Notes: generated by a model not told the origin, from the sequence alone. DNA of 64,000 bases from Sphingomonas sp. (GCF_017304635.1 NZ_JAFKMA010000002.1:327244-391243); one strand, 5' to 3'. Counted from the first letter of the stretch, positions 28,308 to 45,846 are shown. Numbers and translations are program-made.

Positions 28308-29033
28308 TCAGATCGCGAAGCGAACGCGCGCGGCGGTCACCGAGCGGCGGCGGAGCATGCCGCCGAGCGCGCCGAACCCGAGCATCATCATCGCCCAGGT
28401 CGCCGGCTCGGGAACCGCACCGCCGACCGTGGTCGAACCGAAGGTGAAGTCGTCGAACACCTGCTGATTGACGGTGCCGCCGAACACGACCGACATCGCC
28501 GTGCCGCTGAAGCCGAGCGAGAAGTTGTTGAACGGACAATAAGCCGCGCCACCCGAGATGTTGGTGTTGCACGTACCCGTGCCGGTCGAGCCGAGCGACG
28601 TGGTCGCGAGTAGCGTGCCGGTGCCGTTCAGACCCGAATAGATGTTGACGGTCGTCGCCGAACCGAACGGGTTGGAATAGACGCCGGCAAAGCCGGTGTT
28701 GAAACCAGCCGCAACGTTCATCGTGGCGCCTGCCGACGGGAAATACAGCGCGCCGAACTGGGACGTGCTGATGCCCTGACCGCCGCGCGAGGTGTTCGAG
28801 CAGGTGGTGCCGGCCGTGTTGAGGCAAAGCAGGGTCGCGCCGGTGGTGAACTGGACGCCGTAATTGGTGCCCGACGTGCCGATGCTCGACGTGCCGCCAT
28901 TGTAATAGTCGCCGATCGAAACGTTGTTATTGTTCGGATAGGGCGCGATATTCTCGAAATCGAGGTAGATCGGCGCCGCATTGGCCACCGCTGGCGTGAG
29001 AATCATCGCCGCCGCAACAAGAACCTTCTTCAT
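28308..29033 (-). CDS. PEP-CTERM (PEPxxWA) sorting-domain surface protein 1
   Basis: Signal peptide; Gly/Thr/Asn-rich body; VPEPATWAMMMLGFGALGGMLRRR. Confidence 0.93.
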   Translation of the reverse strand: MKKVLVAAAMILTPAVANAAPIYLDFENIAPYPNNNNVSIGDYYNGGTSSIGTSGTNYGVQFTTGATLLCLNTAGTTCSNTSRGGQGISTSQFGALYFPSAGATMNVAAGFNTGFAGVYSNPFGSATTVNIYSGLNGTGTLLATTSLGSTGTGTCNTNISGGAAYCPFNNFSLGFSGTAMSVVFGGTVNQQVFDDFTFGSTTVGGAVPEPATWAMMMLGFGALGGMLRRRSVTAARVRFAI

Positions 29034-29062
29034 GGCAATCCCCCGTAGGTTTAGTCCCGATC

Positions 29063-29078
29063 GTTAATCTTCCGTAAA
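29063..29078 (-). promoter_or_regulatory. CtrA-like box
   Basis: Minus strand TTTA-CGGAAGA-TTAAC, 30 bp upstream of PEP-CTERM gene 1. Confidence 0.5.
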
Positions 29079-29191
29079 GGAATCAGTGCCGTTTGCAAGC
29101 GGTCCGGCCTGGCGGGGAAGGTTAACAACAGTGCCATCGCGGGACGGCGCCGGCATCCGGCCGCGCGGCGCGGGGGTGCCCAAGGCCGAAA

Positions 29192-29224
29192 AAAACCGCC
29201 GCCCGGAATGGTCCGGACGGCGGT
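29192..29224 (-). terminator. rpoC intrinsic terminator
   Basis: AAAACCGCCGCCCGG-aatggt-CCGGACGGCGGT; T-run follows on the minus strand. Confidence 0.8.
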
Positions 29225-29257
29225 TCCTTGTTCAGCGATGCGCGCCGACGGCGCCGA

Positions 29258-33538
<4,281 letters not shown>

Positions 33539-33559
33539 TTTTCAGTCCCTCTGAAAGGG

Positions 33560-33775
33560 TTACTTGATCAGTCGGTGGCACAGCGCGGACACTGTAAAGC
33601 TCGCCAGTAGGATCGAGCCAAAACCCAGCATCATCACGTCGAGCCAGAACCTGTGCTGATACCCGAAGGGATCAGTAAGGTCCGCGATGCCCAGCACGAT
33701 AAGGATCAAACCTAGGGCCAAGTCGGCTCTAGCGAACCGGCTCTTGCCACTTTTTGATTCAGTCGCGCTGGGCAA
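33560..33775 (-). CDS. Putative 71-aa two-TM protein between rpoB and rpoC
   Basis: TTG start 6 nt after the rpoB stop; two hydrophobic stretches; about 56% GC by hand count over 33541-33780. Confidence 0.45.
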   Translation of the reverse strand: MPSATESKSGKSRFARADLALGLILIVLGIADLTDPFGYQHRFWLDVMMLGFGSILLASFTVSALCHRLIK

Positions 33776-33781
33776 CGAGCG

Positions 33782-37951
<4,170 letters not shown>

Positions 37952-38020
37952 GTTTTATCTTGCCTCGTCAGCCTAGAATTCGGCCCCGGAACCTCCGGGG
38001 TCAGGCACGCGAACCGACGC

Positions 38021-38069
38021 AAAAAAGCCGCTCGTCCGATCCTTTCTTTCGAGAGGGGACAGCAGCTTT
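38021..38069 (-). terminator. Terminator-like hairpin plus U-run in the rpoB 5' leader (putative attenuator)
   Basis: Minus strand AAAGCTGCTGTCC...GGACGAGCGGCTTTTTT. Confidence 0.55.
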
Positions 38070-38157
38070 CCAGCGTCGAGTTGACCGATCAGCTTCCCAT
38101 TCGCCCGACGCGGTGCGCGACGCCGCATCATTTCCCGAAAGCTGTGGTGGAGCGGCG

Positions 38158-38185
38158 GATATAGGTGCTGTGTTGGATTTGTCAA
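38158..38185 (-). promoter_or_regulatory. Sigma-70-like promoter of rpoBC
   Basis: TTGACA-N16-TATATC on the minus strand. Confidence 0.6.
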
Positions 38186-38356
38186 ACCGCCGGCGCCAGG
38201 TCGATGCGCGCTTTGCCACAAAAAAGTCATCGATCGATTCGGCGGCGGAATCGCCTGAAAAACCGTCGATTATCGCGGCAATCGCACCGTCCGGCTAAAG
38301 TATCGGGCAACCTGGGCAAGGAACCGGACTCGGGTTCCATTCATTGAGTCCGCGTT

Positions 38357-39715
38357 ATGACCCAAGCGAAAAACAAACGCTTCGCCCGCGCACTGGCGCC
38401 GTTCTTCGCCGCCACCGCGCTCGTCTCCATCCCTGCTCTAGCGCAGGACGCGACGCCGCAGACTGCTCAGCCTGTCGTGACGCCGCCGCAAACCGTGACG
38501 GTGCCGATCCCGCCCGTCGTGCCGACCGTGCCGGACAGCGCCACGACGGCGCCGCCGGCCACTAGCGACGAGCCGACCGCCGCGCCGGTCGCCCGCTCGA
38601 CGCGGACGACCGCCACGCGCTCGACGACGGCGACCCGCTCGACCGAGCGTGCACCGGTGCGCAGCGCGTCGACCTCCACCACCACCGCCACCAAGACCAC
38701 GCCGTCGCAACCGGCGGCGACCGCGGCTCCGGCAACGTCATCGACCTCATCGACCACCACGACTTCGACTCCCGCATCCTCCACCGCCGACACGGCGACG
38801 CCGGCTGACACCACGCCCGCCGCCGGTATGCAGTCGGCCGCGACCACGCAGACGACGACGTCGAACGGCATTCCGACCTGGGCGCTGATCGCCGGGGCGA
38901 TCGCGGTGCTCGCGATCATTGCCGGCGCGATCGCGGCGTTGCGTCGCCGCCGCGTCGAGCAAGAATATTATGACGAACCGACCTATGTCGAAGAGCCGTA
39001 TGTCGCGCCCGTTGCCGAGACCCCGGTCGTCGAGGAGCCCGTCGCAGTCGCCCCGGTCGCGGCCGCGCCGCTGGCCGCAGCGCCGCGCAAGGAGCCGGAA
39101 TATCTCCGCGCCGCCGAACCCGCCGCCACGATCGAGCCGGTCGCTGCCGCTGCCGAGGATGTCGAAGTCAGCAAGGTCGCCGACGAGGACGTCGCCGCGC
39201 TGACCGCCGGCGCCGCGGCGGTCGCCGAGCGTCCGTGGCTCGAATTCGCGATGCGCCCGGTCCGCGCCGGCACCAACGTCGACGAGGCTCTGGTCGAGAT
39301 CGAACTGACCGTCGGCAATGCCGGCTCGGTTCCGGCGCAGGACGTCCGCATCTCGACCTTCCTGCTGTCCGGCGATCCGAGCGGGACGGAGATGGAGCGC
39401 CTGCTGGTCGATCCGCCGGCGGAGGCGACCACCGACCCGGTCACGATTAAGCCGGGCGAGGGGACGCGCGTCGATGCGACGCTGGCGCTGCTCAAGTCCG
39501 ACATGGGCGAGAATTTGCCCGCGTCGTTCCGCCCGATCGTCGTCGCCGATGCGCGCTACACGCTGGCCGACGGTAGCGAGGGTCGCACCTCCGCCTCGTT
39601 CGAGATCGGCGTCGAGCCCGAGGAGGGCGGGGCGCTGGAGCCGATCGAACTCGCCCGCGCGTCGATGCACGACAATGTCGCGGCCGAACTCCACGGCGAA
39701 CCGCAACACGCGTAA
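38357..39715 (+). CDS. Type I membrane protein: signal peptide, Thr-rich stalk, TM, cytoplasmic domain (paralogue 1)
   Basis: Signal ending ALA-QD; TM WALIAGAIAVLAIIAGAIAAL followed by RRRR; C-terminal domain homologous to 41942-43153. Confidence 0.85.
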   Translation: MTQAKNKRFARALAPFFAATALVSIPALAQDATPQTAQPVVTPPQTVTVPIPPVVPTVPDSATTAPPATSDEPTAAPVARSTRTTATRSTTATRSTERAPVRSASTSTTTATKTTPSQPAATAAPATSSTSSTTTTSTPASSTADTATPADTTPAAGMQSAATTQTTTSNGIPTWALIAGAIAVLAIIAGAIAALRRRRVEQEYYDEPTYVEEPYVAPVAETPVVEEPVAVAPVAAAPLAAAPRKEPEYLRAAEPAATIEPVAAAAEDVEVSKVADEDVAALTAGAAAVAERPWLEFAMRPVRAGTNVDEALVEIELTVGNAGSVPAQDVRISTFLLSGDPSGTEMERLLVDPPAEATTDPVTIKPGEGTRVDATLALLKSDMGENLPASFRPIVVADARYTLADGSEGRTSASFEIGVEPEEGGALEPIELARASMHDNVAAELHGEPQHA

Positions 39716-39846
39716 CGCCGCGCTGACCTGACGATGGCGCCCGTCCCGGGAGAACGGGGCGGGCGTCGTCGCATCGGCGCCATTGCGCGGTTGTGCTGTA
39801 GCGGCCTAGAACGGCGCATTCTCTTCCTCGCCGGAGCCGCCTCAGC

Positions 39847-41796
39847 ATGTTCAAGACGCTCGCTTTTCTGTCGGTCGCTGCGCTCGCGCTCACCCCCGCC
39901 GTCGCGCAGGATGCGCCCCGAAATGCACCGATGTGGTCGCCCAAGGGCGGCGACGTGCCGGCGAAGTTCACCCCGCCCGAGCGTGGCGTCGCCGATTACG
40001 TCAAGCGCGAGGTGATGATCCCGATGCGCGACGGCGTGAAGCTCTACACCGTGATCGTGATCCCGAAGGGCGCGGTCAACGCACCGATCGTGCTGACGCG
40101 GACGCCCTACAACGCGAAGGGTCGCGCGACGCGCAGCGCCAGCGATCCGTCGATGCTCCGCACGCTGCCGCTCGCCGACGAAGGGTTCGTGCGCAACGGC
40201 TATATCCGCGTCTATCAGGACGTTCGCGGCAAATACGGGTCGGAGGGCGAATATGTCGTGACGCGGCCTGTCATCGGCCCGCTCAATCCGACCAAGGTCG
40301 ATCACGTGACCGACGCATACGACACGATCGACTGGCTGGTGAACAAGGCGAACCTGTCCGAATCGAATGGGCGCGTCGGGATGATCGGGTCGTAGTACGA
40401 GGGGTTCACCGTGGTGATGGCGCTGCTCCACCCGCACCCCGCGCTCAAGGTCGCCGCACCGCAGAGCCCGATGGTCGACGGCTGGATGGGCGACGACTGG
40501 TTCCACTACGGCGCCTTCCGCCTGGCCAACATCGCCTGGCTCGGCGCGCAGACCGGGTACAAGGGCGACGGCAAGGCGCCCTCGACCGGCGGCTGGGACG
40601 ATTACGACAATTTCCGCGAGATCGCCTCGGCGGGGGACTGGGCGAAGAAGTCGGGCTACGACCAGCTGCCCTATTGGACGCGCATGTCGATGCACCCGGC
40701 CTATGACGGCTTCTGGTCGGGCCAGGCACTCGACAAGCTGCTGGCGAAGAGCCCGTCCGACGTGCCGACGATCTGGGAGCAGGGGCTGTGGGACCAGGAG
40801 GACATGTGGGGCGCGATCCACAGTTACGAAGCGCTGACCGGCGCCGGCCACGCGTCGAACAACTTCATCGTGATGGGGCCGTGGCGGCACAGCCAGATCA
40901 ACCGCGTCGGCTACGAGTTGGGGCCGTTCAAGTGGGATGGCGACACCGCGATGCAGTATCGCGAGGACATGATCCTGCCGTTCTTCAACCATTACCTGAA
41001 GGATGGCCCGGCGGTGACGCCGCCCGCGGCGACGATCTACAATACCGGCGAGAACCATTGGGACCGCTTCAGCCAGTGGCCGCTGGCGTGCGAGAGCGGG
41101 TGCCCCTCGCCGCTGACGCCGATCAATTTCGGTGAGGACGGCATGCTCGGTTTCGGCAAGCAGACGGCGGGCGGCGACAGCTACGTCTCCGATCCCGCCA
41201 AGCCGGTGCCGCATCTGCCGCGTCCGGTCAATTTCAACGATGGGCGCTGGGGCGACTGGCTGGTGCAGGACCAGCGTAGCTATGACGGCCGGCCCGACGT
41301 GATGACCTACGAAACGCCGGTACTCGAGCAGGCGGTGCGAGTGTCGGGCGCGCCGATCGCGGACCTGTTCGCGAAGACGACCGGGACCGACGGCGATTTC
41401 GTCGTGAAGTTGATCGACGTCTATCCGACGGAGAATGCGACCGACCCGAAGATGGGCGGGTACCAGCTGGCGGTCAGCCTCGACATCTTCCGTGGGCGCT
41501 ATCGCAAGAGCTTCAGCAACCCCTCTGCGATCCCGGCTAACCAGGTGCAGGAATACAAGTTCCGCCTGCCGATGGTGAACCACGTCTTCCAGCCGGGCCA
41601 CCGCATCATGGTGCAGGTGCAGTCGACGCTGTTCCCGCTCTACGATCGCAACCCGCAGAAATATGTGCCGAACATCTTCTATGCGAAGGCGGGAGACTAT
41701 CAGAAGGCGACGATCACGCTGATGCGCGGCGGTGCGACGCCGAGCCGGGTGTGGTTGCCGGTCGTGCCGCTCGCACCGGCGCAGGTGATCCACTGA
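39847..41796 (+). pseudogene. CocE/NonD-family alpha-amino acid ester hydrolase interrupted by one in-frame TAG (40393-40395)
   Basis: MIGS*YEGFT where the family motif is GSSYEG; both halves are in the same frame; WDQED and GPWRH retained; signal peptide present. Confidence 0.8.
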
Positions 41797-41802
41797 GACG
41801 TC

Positions 41803-41828
41803 GTCGCCCCGGGCTTGTCCCGGGGTCC
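41803..41828. repeat. Single REP-like arm
   Basis: GTCGCCCCGGGCTTGTCCCGGGGTCC directly after the hydrolase stop. Confidence 0.55.
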
Positions 41829-41941
41829 GCCGATCCGCATAGGCGAAGCGCGCGGCGCTAGCGGCACGGTGGAGGATTGCCGGAGCGATTGGCGCTGGCG
41901 GTTGTCAGCGGTTCAGCCAAAGCGGAATAGATGTGGGTGCG

Positions 41942-43153
41942 ATGACGGGTTTCGGGTGGCAGGTGAGGGTGGCGGTGCTGGCGACGGCGGCGCTGGGTCC
42001 GGGCGTGGCGGCGGCGCAGACCAACAGCGCGGCGCCGCAGAGCGTGCCTAACGTGCCGTTCTCGCTGCCGCCGTCGACGCGCCCGACGCCCACGCCGACC
42101 CCGACCTCCGGCCCGGTGGTCGCGCCGTTGCCGACCCCGACACCCAGTGCGACGCCCAGCGCCGCGCCGCCACGTCCGACACCCACGCCCAGCGCCAGCA
42201 GCACGCCGCGACCGACCCCGACCCCGCGCGCCACGCCGACGCCGCGCGCGACGCCTTCGCCGACTCCGACGCCCGGCTCGACGCCGACCGCCGCGCCGAC
42301 CCCCACCGCCACGCCGACGCCGGCCGCCGCGATCCCGGCGCCGGTGCCGAGCGATACCGCGACGCCGCTGCCAGAAGCGACGCCGTCCCCGGTCGCGGTG
42401 CCAGGCGGCATACCGACCGAGGGCTGGCTGGCGATCGTGGCGGCGCTGGCCGCGTTGGGCGCGGCATCCTGGTTCCTGTTCCGCCGCCCACGGCGTCGGG
42501 CCGCCACGCCCGAGCCGATCGTTGTCCGCACGCCGCCCCCGCCATCGCCCGTCGCACCACCTGCGCCGCCGCTGGCCCCGCAACCCGCGCCGCCGCCCGA
42601 GCCGGCGACCAGCTTCCTTACCGTACCGCTTCGTCCACGCAGCCCCGCCGCCGCCAGTGGCGAGCCGCAGGTCGAGATCGTGCTCCAGCCCAAGCGCGCC
42701 GGCACCAACGTCACCAGCGCGGCGGTCGATTATCGCGTGCTAGTCCGCAACGCCGGCGGCGTGCCGGTGCGCGACGTGCGGTTCGCGATGTTCATGCTGA
42801 GCGCCAGCGCCCGCCAGACGCAGGACCTGCAAAGTATCTTCGCCACCCCGATCGACCAGCCCGCGGCCGCGCCGTTCGACCTGCAGCCCAACAGCGAGAT
42901 CGAGCTGACCGGCATGGCGCTGTTGGCGCGCGAGCAGGTCAACGTGATGACGATCGAGGGTCAGCCCTGGTTCGTGCCCGTGCTGGCGATGAAGGCGGAG
43001 TATCGCTGGGGCGAGAATGTCGGCGCGCCGGGCAGCGTCAATGCCGCCTACATGATCGGCATCGATCGCGGGGAGGGGGCGAAGATGGCGCCGTTCCGCC
43101 TCGACGGTGGGCCGCAAATGCATCCGCGCGTGGCGGCGCGGAAGGTCGTCTGA
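41942..43153 (+). CDS. Type I membrane protein: signal peptide, (Pro-Thr)n stalk, TM, cytoplasmic domain (paralogue 2)
   Basis: PT repeats; TM WLAIVAALAALGAASWFLF followed by RRPRRR; RAGTNV and NAGGVPVRDVR shared with paralogue 1; start 41942 or 41933. Confidence 0.85.
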   Translation: MTGFGWQVRVAVLATAALGPGVAAAQTNSAAPQSVPNVPFSLPPSTRPTPTPTPTSGPVVAPLPTPTPSATPSAAPPRPTPTPSASSTPRPTPTPRATPTPRATPSPTPTPGSTPTAAPTPTATPTPAAAIPAPVPSDTATPLPEATPSPVAVPGGIPTEGWLAIVAALAALGAASWFLFRRPRRRAATPEPIVVRTPPPPSPVAPPAPPLAPQPAPPPEPATSFLTVPLRPRSPAAASGEPQVEIVLQPKRAGTNVTSAAVDYRVLVRNAGGVPVRDVRFAMFMLSASARQTQDLQSIFATPIDQPAAAPFDLQPNSEIELTGMALLAREQVNVMTIEGQPWFVPVLAMKAEYRWGENVGAPGSVNAAYMIGIDRGEGAKMAPFRLDGGPQMHPRVAARKVV

Positions 43154-43169
43154 CGTCGGCGGCGTCGGC

Positions 43170-43658
43170 TCAGTTGGGCTTTGCGGTCATCCGGCGGCGT
43201 TCGAGCAACGCGCTGACCTGGTCGGCGAACACCGGCAGCTTGTCCAGATCGGCCTGGACCATCGCTTCGCGCGGGGAACTGTCGAACACGCAGACCGTGC
43301 CGATCCGGGCGCGGTTGGGCGCCTTGATCGGGGCGGCAGCATAGAAACGCACGCCGCCATCCTCGGCAACGAACGGATTGTCGCAGAAGCGGGCATCGAG
43401 CCGGGCGTCGAGCGTGACCGTCACGGCGTCGGTGCCGATGCTGTGCGTGCAGAACGAGATCGCGCGGGGGACGAACGTCGCCGCCACACCGACCCGCGCC
43501 TTGTACCATTGGCGGTCGTCGTCGATGAACGAGATCAGCGCGCGCGGCACGCCGAAGGAATGCGCCATCGCCCGGACCAGGCGATCGAAATCGGGCTCGT
43601 TCGGCGTGTCGAGAATGCCGTAGCTCTTCAACGTGGCGACGCGTTCCGCTTCCTGCAT
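43170..43658 (-). CDS. Stand-alone GAF-domain protein
   Basis: EAERVATLKSYGILDT, QWYKA, SFCTHSI, DNPFV and RFYAAAP...IGTVCV motifs. Confidence 0.85.
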   Translation of the reverse strand: MQEAERVATLKSYGILDTPNEPDFDRLVRAMAHSFGVPRALISFIDDDRQWYKARVGVAATFVPRAISFCTHSIGTDAVTVTLDARLDARFCDNPFVAEDGGVRFYAAAPIKAPNRARIGTVCVFDSSPREAMVQADLDKLPVFADQVSALLERRRMTAKPN

Positions 43659-43802
43659 GACGCCATGGTAACCATATGACGTTGCAAGAGAGTTAAAGCG
43701 GCGGCCATCTAAGCGAACGCAGCTACGAGCCGATCGACGGCACTGGCACGACAAAGAGGCGGCCGGCTTGCGACCGGCGGCCCCTCCATCGACCGTCTAC
43801 GT

Positions 43803-44324
43803 TCAGGCGAAGCGGACGCGAGCGCGCACCGCTGGACGGCGACGCAGCGCGACACCGATCCCACCGAAGCCGAGCATCAGGAACGCCCAGGTCGCCGGCT
43901 CTGGCACGGCGCTGTCGACCTGCGGCGTGATGGTCAGCGTTTCCAGCGGGCCGCCGACTTCGCTGACCGCGATGAAATTGAACAGATCGCCCTTCTGGAT
44001 CGAACCGAAACCGAAATAGCCGTCGAGCATGAAGTTGCCGTTCATCGAGACGAGGTTGCCGGCATTCAGCGTGAAATTGCCGAACACGCCAGCGATCGTC
44101 GCGGTTAGCCCGCTGTACGTCGCCGTGCCCGTCGCCCCGGTGATCTCATAATAATCGCCGTCGTTGGTCGACACCGCATCGTCGGTGGTGAGCAGCGCGT
44201 CGTACGCGATCTCTTCGCCGTTGAAGGCATCGTGCGTGCCGGCGTGCAGGACGAACGTGGCGGCATCGGCCGTCATCGGCGTGAGCGCCATCAGCGCCGC
44301 CGCGGCGATCGATAAGTTCTTCAT
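43803..44324 (-). CDS. PEP-CTERM (PEPxxWA) surface protein 2
   Basis: Signal peptide; VPEPATWAFLMLGFGGIGVALRRR. Confidence 0.93.
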   Translation of the reverse strand: MKNLSIAAAALMALTPMTADAATFVLHAGTHDAFNGEEIAYDALLTTDDAVSTNDGDYYEITGATGTATYSGLTATIAGVFGNFTLNAGNLVSMNGNFMLDGYFGFGSIQKGDLFNFIAVSEVGGPLETLTITPQVDSAVPEPATWAFLMLGFGGIGVALRRRPAVRARVRFA

Positions 44325-44344
44325 TACGCGACCCCTTTTCTGTC

Positions 44345-44359
44345 TTAACGGCGCGTTAA
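44345..44359. promoter_or_regulatory. CtrA-like box (full TTAA-N7-TTAA)
   Basis: TTAA-CGGCGCG-TTAA, 20 bp upstream of PEP-CTERM gene 2. Confidence 0.6.
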
Positions 44360-44433
44360 TCGCGCGGGGCGGCGTCGTCCACTGATTTGGTGGTTAATCT
44401 GTCTATCGGTGGGACGGTGGGTCGGGGAAGAAG

Positions 44434-44469
44434 AAAAGGGCGGCCTCCCGGGGTGGGAGGTCGCCCTTT
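44434..44469 (-). terminator. rplJL intrinsic terminator
   Basis: Minus strand AAAGGGCGACCTCCC...GGGAGGCCGCCCTTTTCTT. Confidence 0.85.
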
Positions 44470-44480
44470 CCTTTGGCCTG

Positions 44481-44597
44481 GTAAGCCGTGACGGGAATTA
44501 ATCCCGTCACGTCGGTCGGGTCGCGGAGCGACCCGCCGGCCGGCCTTGCGTGGTGCGATTTAGCGTTTGCTAAATCGTCTCCACGCCAGCGGCTTAC
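44481..44597. other. Multi-hairpin structured element in the rplL 3' UTR
   Basis: Closing stem GTAAGCCG/CGGCTTAC enclosing three perfect hairpins of 9, 8 and 9 bp. Confidence 0.65.
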
Positions 44598-44974
44598 TTG
44601 AGCTCGACGGTCGCGCCGGCTTCTTCCAGCTGCTTCTTGATCTTCTCGGCCTCGTCCTTGTTGACGCCTTCCTTGACGGCCTTTGGGGCCGACTCGACCA
44701 GCGTCTTCGCCTCGGTCAGGCCGAGACCGGTGATCGCGCGGACCTCCTTGATGACGTTGATCTTCTTGCCGCCGTCGCCGGTCAAGATGACGTCGAATTC
44801 GGTCTTCTCTTCGGCGGCGGGAGCGCCACCGCCGGCGCCACCGGCGGCCGGCGCGGCCGCAACCGCAGCGGCGGCCGAAACGCCCCACTTCTCTTCGAGC
44901 AGCTTCGAGAGCTCGGAAGCCTCGAGGACGGTCAGTTCGCTCAGCTGGTCAACCAGCGCGTTCAGGTCTGCCAT
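44594..44974 (-). CDS. rplL: 50S ribosomal protein L7/L12
   Basis: LTVLEASEL...[15 protein letters not shown] and GLGLTEAK. Confidence 0.98.
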   Translation of the reverse strand: MADLNALVDQLSELTVLEASELSKLLEEKWGVSAAAAVAAAPAAGGAGGGAPAAEEKTEFDVILTGDGGKKINVIKEVRAITGLGLTEAKTLVESAPKAVKEGVNKDEAEKIKKQLEEAGATVELK

Positions 44975-45037
44975 GTTCAATCTCCAATTCGGGCACGTCG
45001 GCCCCTCGTTTCTGTCAAAAACCAAAGCGCCCGATAA

Positions 45038-45553
45038 TCAGGCTGCTTCCTTCTCCGCATGCGCCGCAAGGACACGCGCGATCTGGGCCGCCGGAGCCTG
45101 CGCGATCGTCGCGAGCTTGGTGGCGGGCGCCACCAGCAGGCCGACAATCTTGGCACGCAGTTCATCCAGCGACGGCAGCGTCGCCAGCGCCTTGACGCCG
45201 TTCACGTCGAGGGAGGTCGCGCCCATCGCGCCGCCGACGATTTCGAGCTTGTCGTTCGTCTTGGCGAAGTCGACCACCACCTTGGCGGCGGCGACCGGGT
45301 CGATGGAAGTGGCGAGACCGACCGGCCCGGTGAGCAGGTCGCCCAGCGAGAGATAGTCGGTGCCGTCGAGCGCGATCTTGGCAAGCTTGTTCTTCGAGAC
45401 CTTGTAGGTCGCACCGGCCTCGCGCATCTTCGTCCTGAGCTGCGTCGACTGCGCGACGGTCAGGCCGAGGTTGCGGGTGACGACCACCACACCAACCTCG
45501 GAGAAGGTCTGCTTGAGATCGGCAACGGCCGCGGCCTTTTGAGCACGATCCAT
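45038..45553 (-). CDS. rplJ: 50S ribosomal protein L10
   Basis: [14 protein letters not shown] and [18 protein letters not shown]. Confidence 0.98.
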   Translation of the reverse strand: MDRAQKAAAVADLKQTFSEVGVVVVTRNLGLTVAQSTQLRTKMREAGATYKVSKNKLAKIALDGTDYLSLGDLLTGPVGLATSIDPVAAAKVVVDFAKTNDKLEIVGGAMGATSLDVNGVKALATLPSLDELRAKIVGLLVAPATKLATIAQAPAAQIARVLAAHAEKEAA

Positions 45554-45723
45554 GCCATTCTCCACGTTTGGGGAAGCTTACGCCTCCCCGGTTCAACACA
45601 GCCGAACGGGCGGACCCGCGCGGCCAGATTTTCCGTCGATCAAGGGGCATGGCGCCTGGCCGCGCTCGTCATGGAGAAGCGGCAGTCCGACCGCGCATGG
45701 ACGCGCGAGCGGTAAATTCCATT

Positions 45724-45777
45724 CCCCGTCTAGGCAGGGCATTAAGCGGGAAACCCGCACCTGCTGTCTCGGACGGT
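45724..45777 (-). promoter_or_regulatory. L10 leader (ribosomal protein autoregulatory RNA)
   Basis: CCGTCCGAGACAGCAGG...TTAA...CCTGCCTAGACGG upstream of rplJ. Confidence 0.75.
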
Positions 45778-45817
45778 AACGCGAGCGGGCGGCAAGCCGT
45801 CCCCAAGCGAAGGCGCG

Positions 45818-45846
45818 CCGATACGGAGGGAAGGCGGGAAAGTCAA
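45818..45846 (-). promoter_or_regulatory. Sigma-70-like promoter of rplJL
   Basis: TTGACT-N17-TATCGG on the minus strand. Confidence 0.45.

Noticed and set aside
29081-29140. Sigma-54 promoter for PEP-CTERM gene 1
   Set aside because: TGGCAC is present but is followed by TTAA instead of TTGC at the -12 position
38320-38345. Third EcfG-type promoter before the Thr-rich membrane protein
   Set aside because: GGAAC is present but the -10 reads CATT at N17, and the sequence is also explained by a GGAACC/GGTTCC hairpin
40393-40425. Pyrrolysine or selenocysteine recoding of the hydrolase stop
   Set aside because: Sec uses TGA, not TAG; no pyl genes are in the window; only a weak 4-bp hairpin lies downstream; Pyl is not a plausible nucleophile
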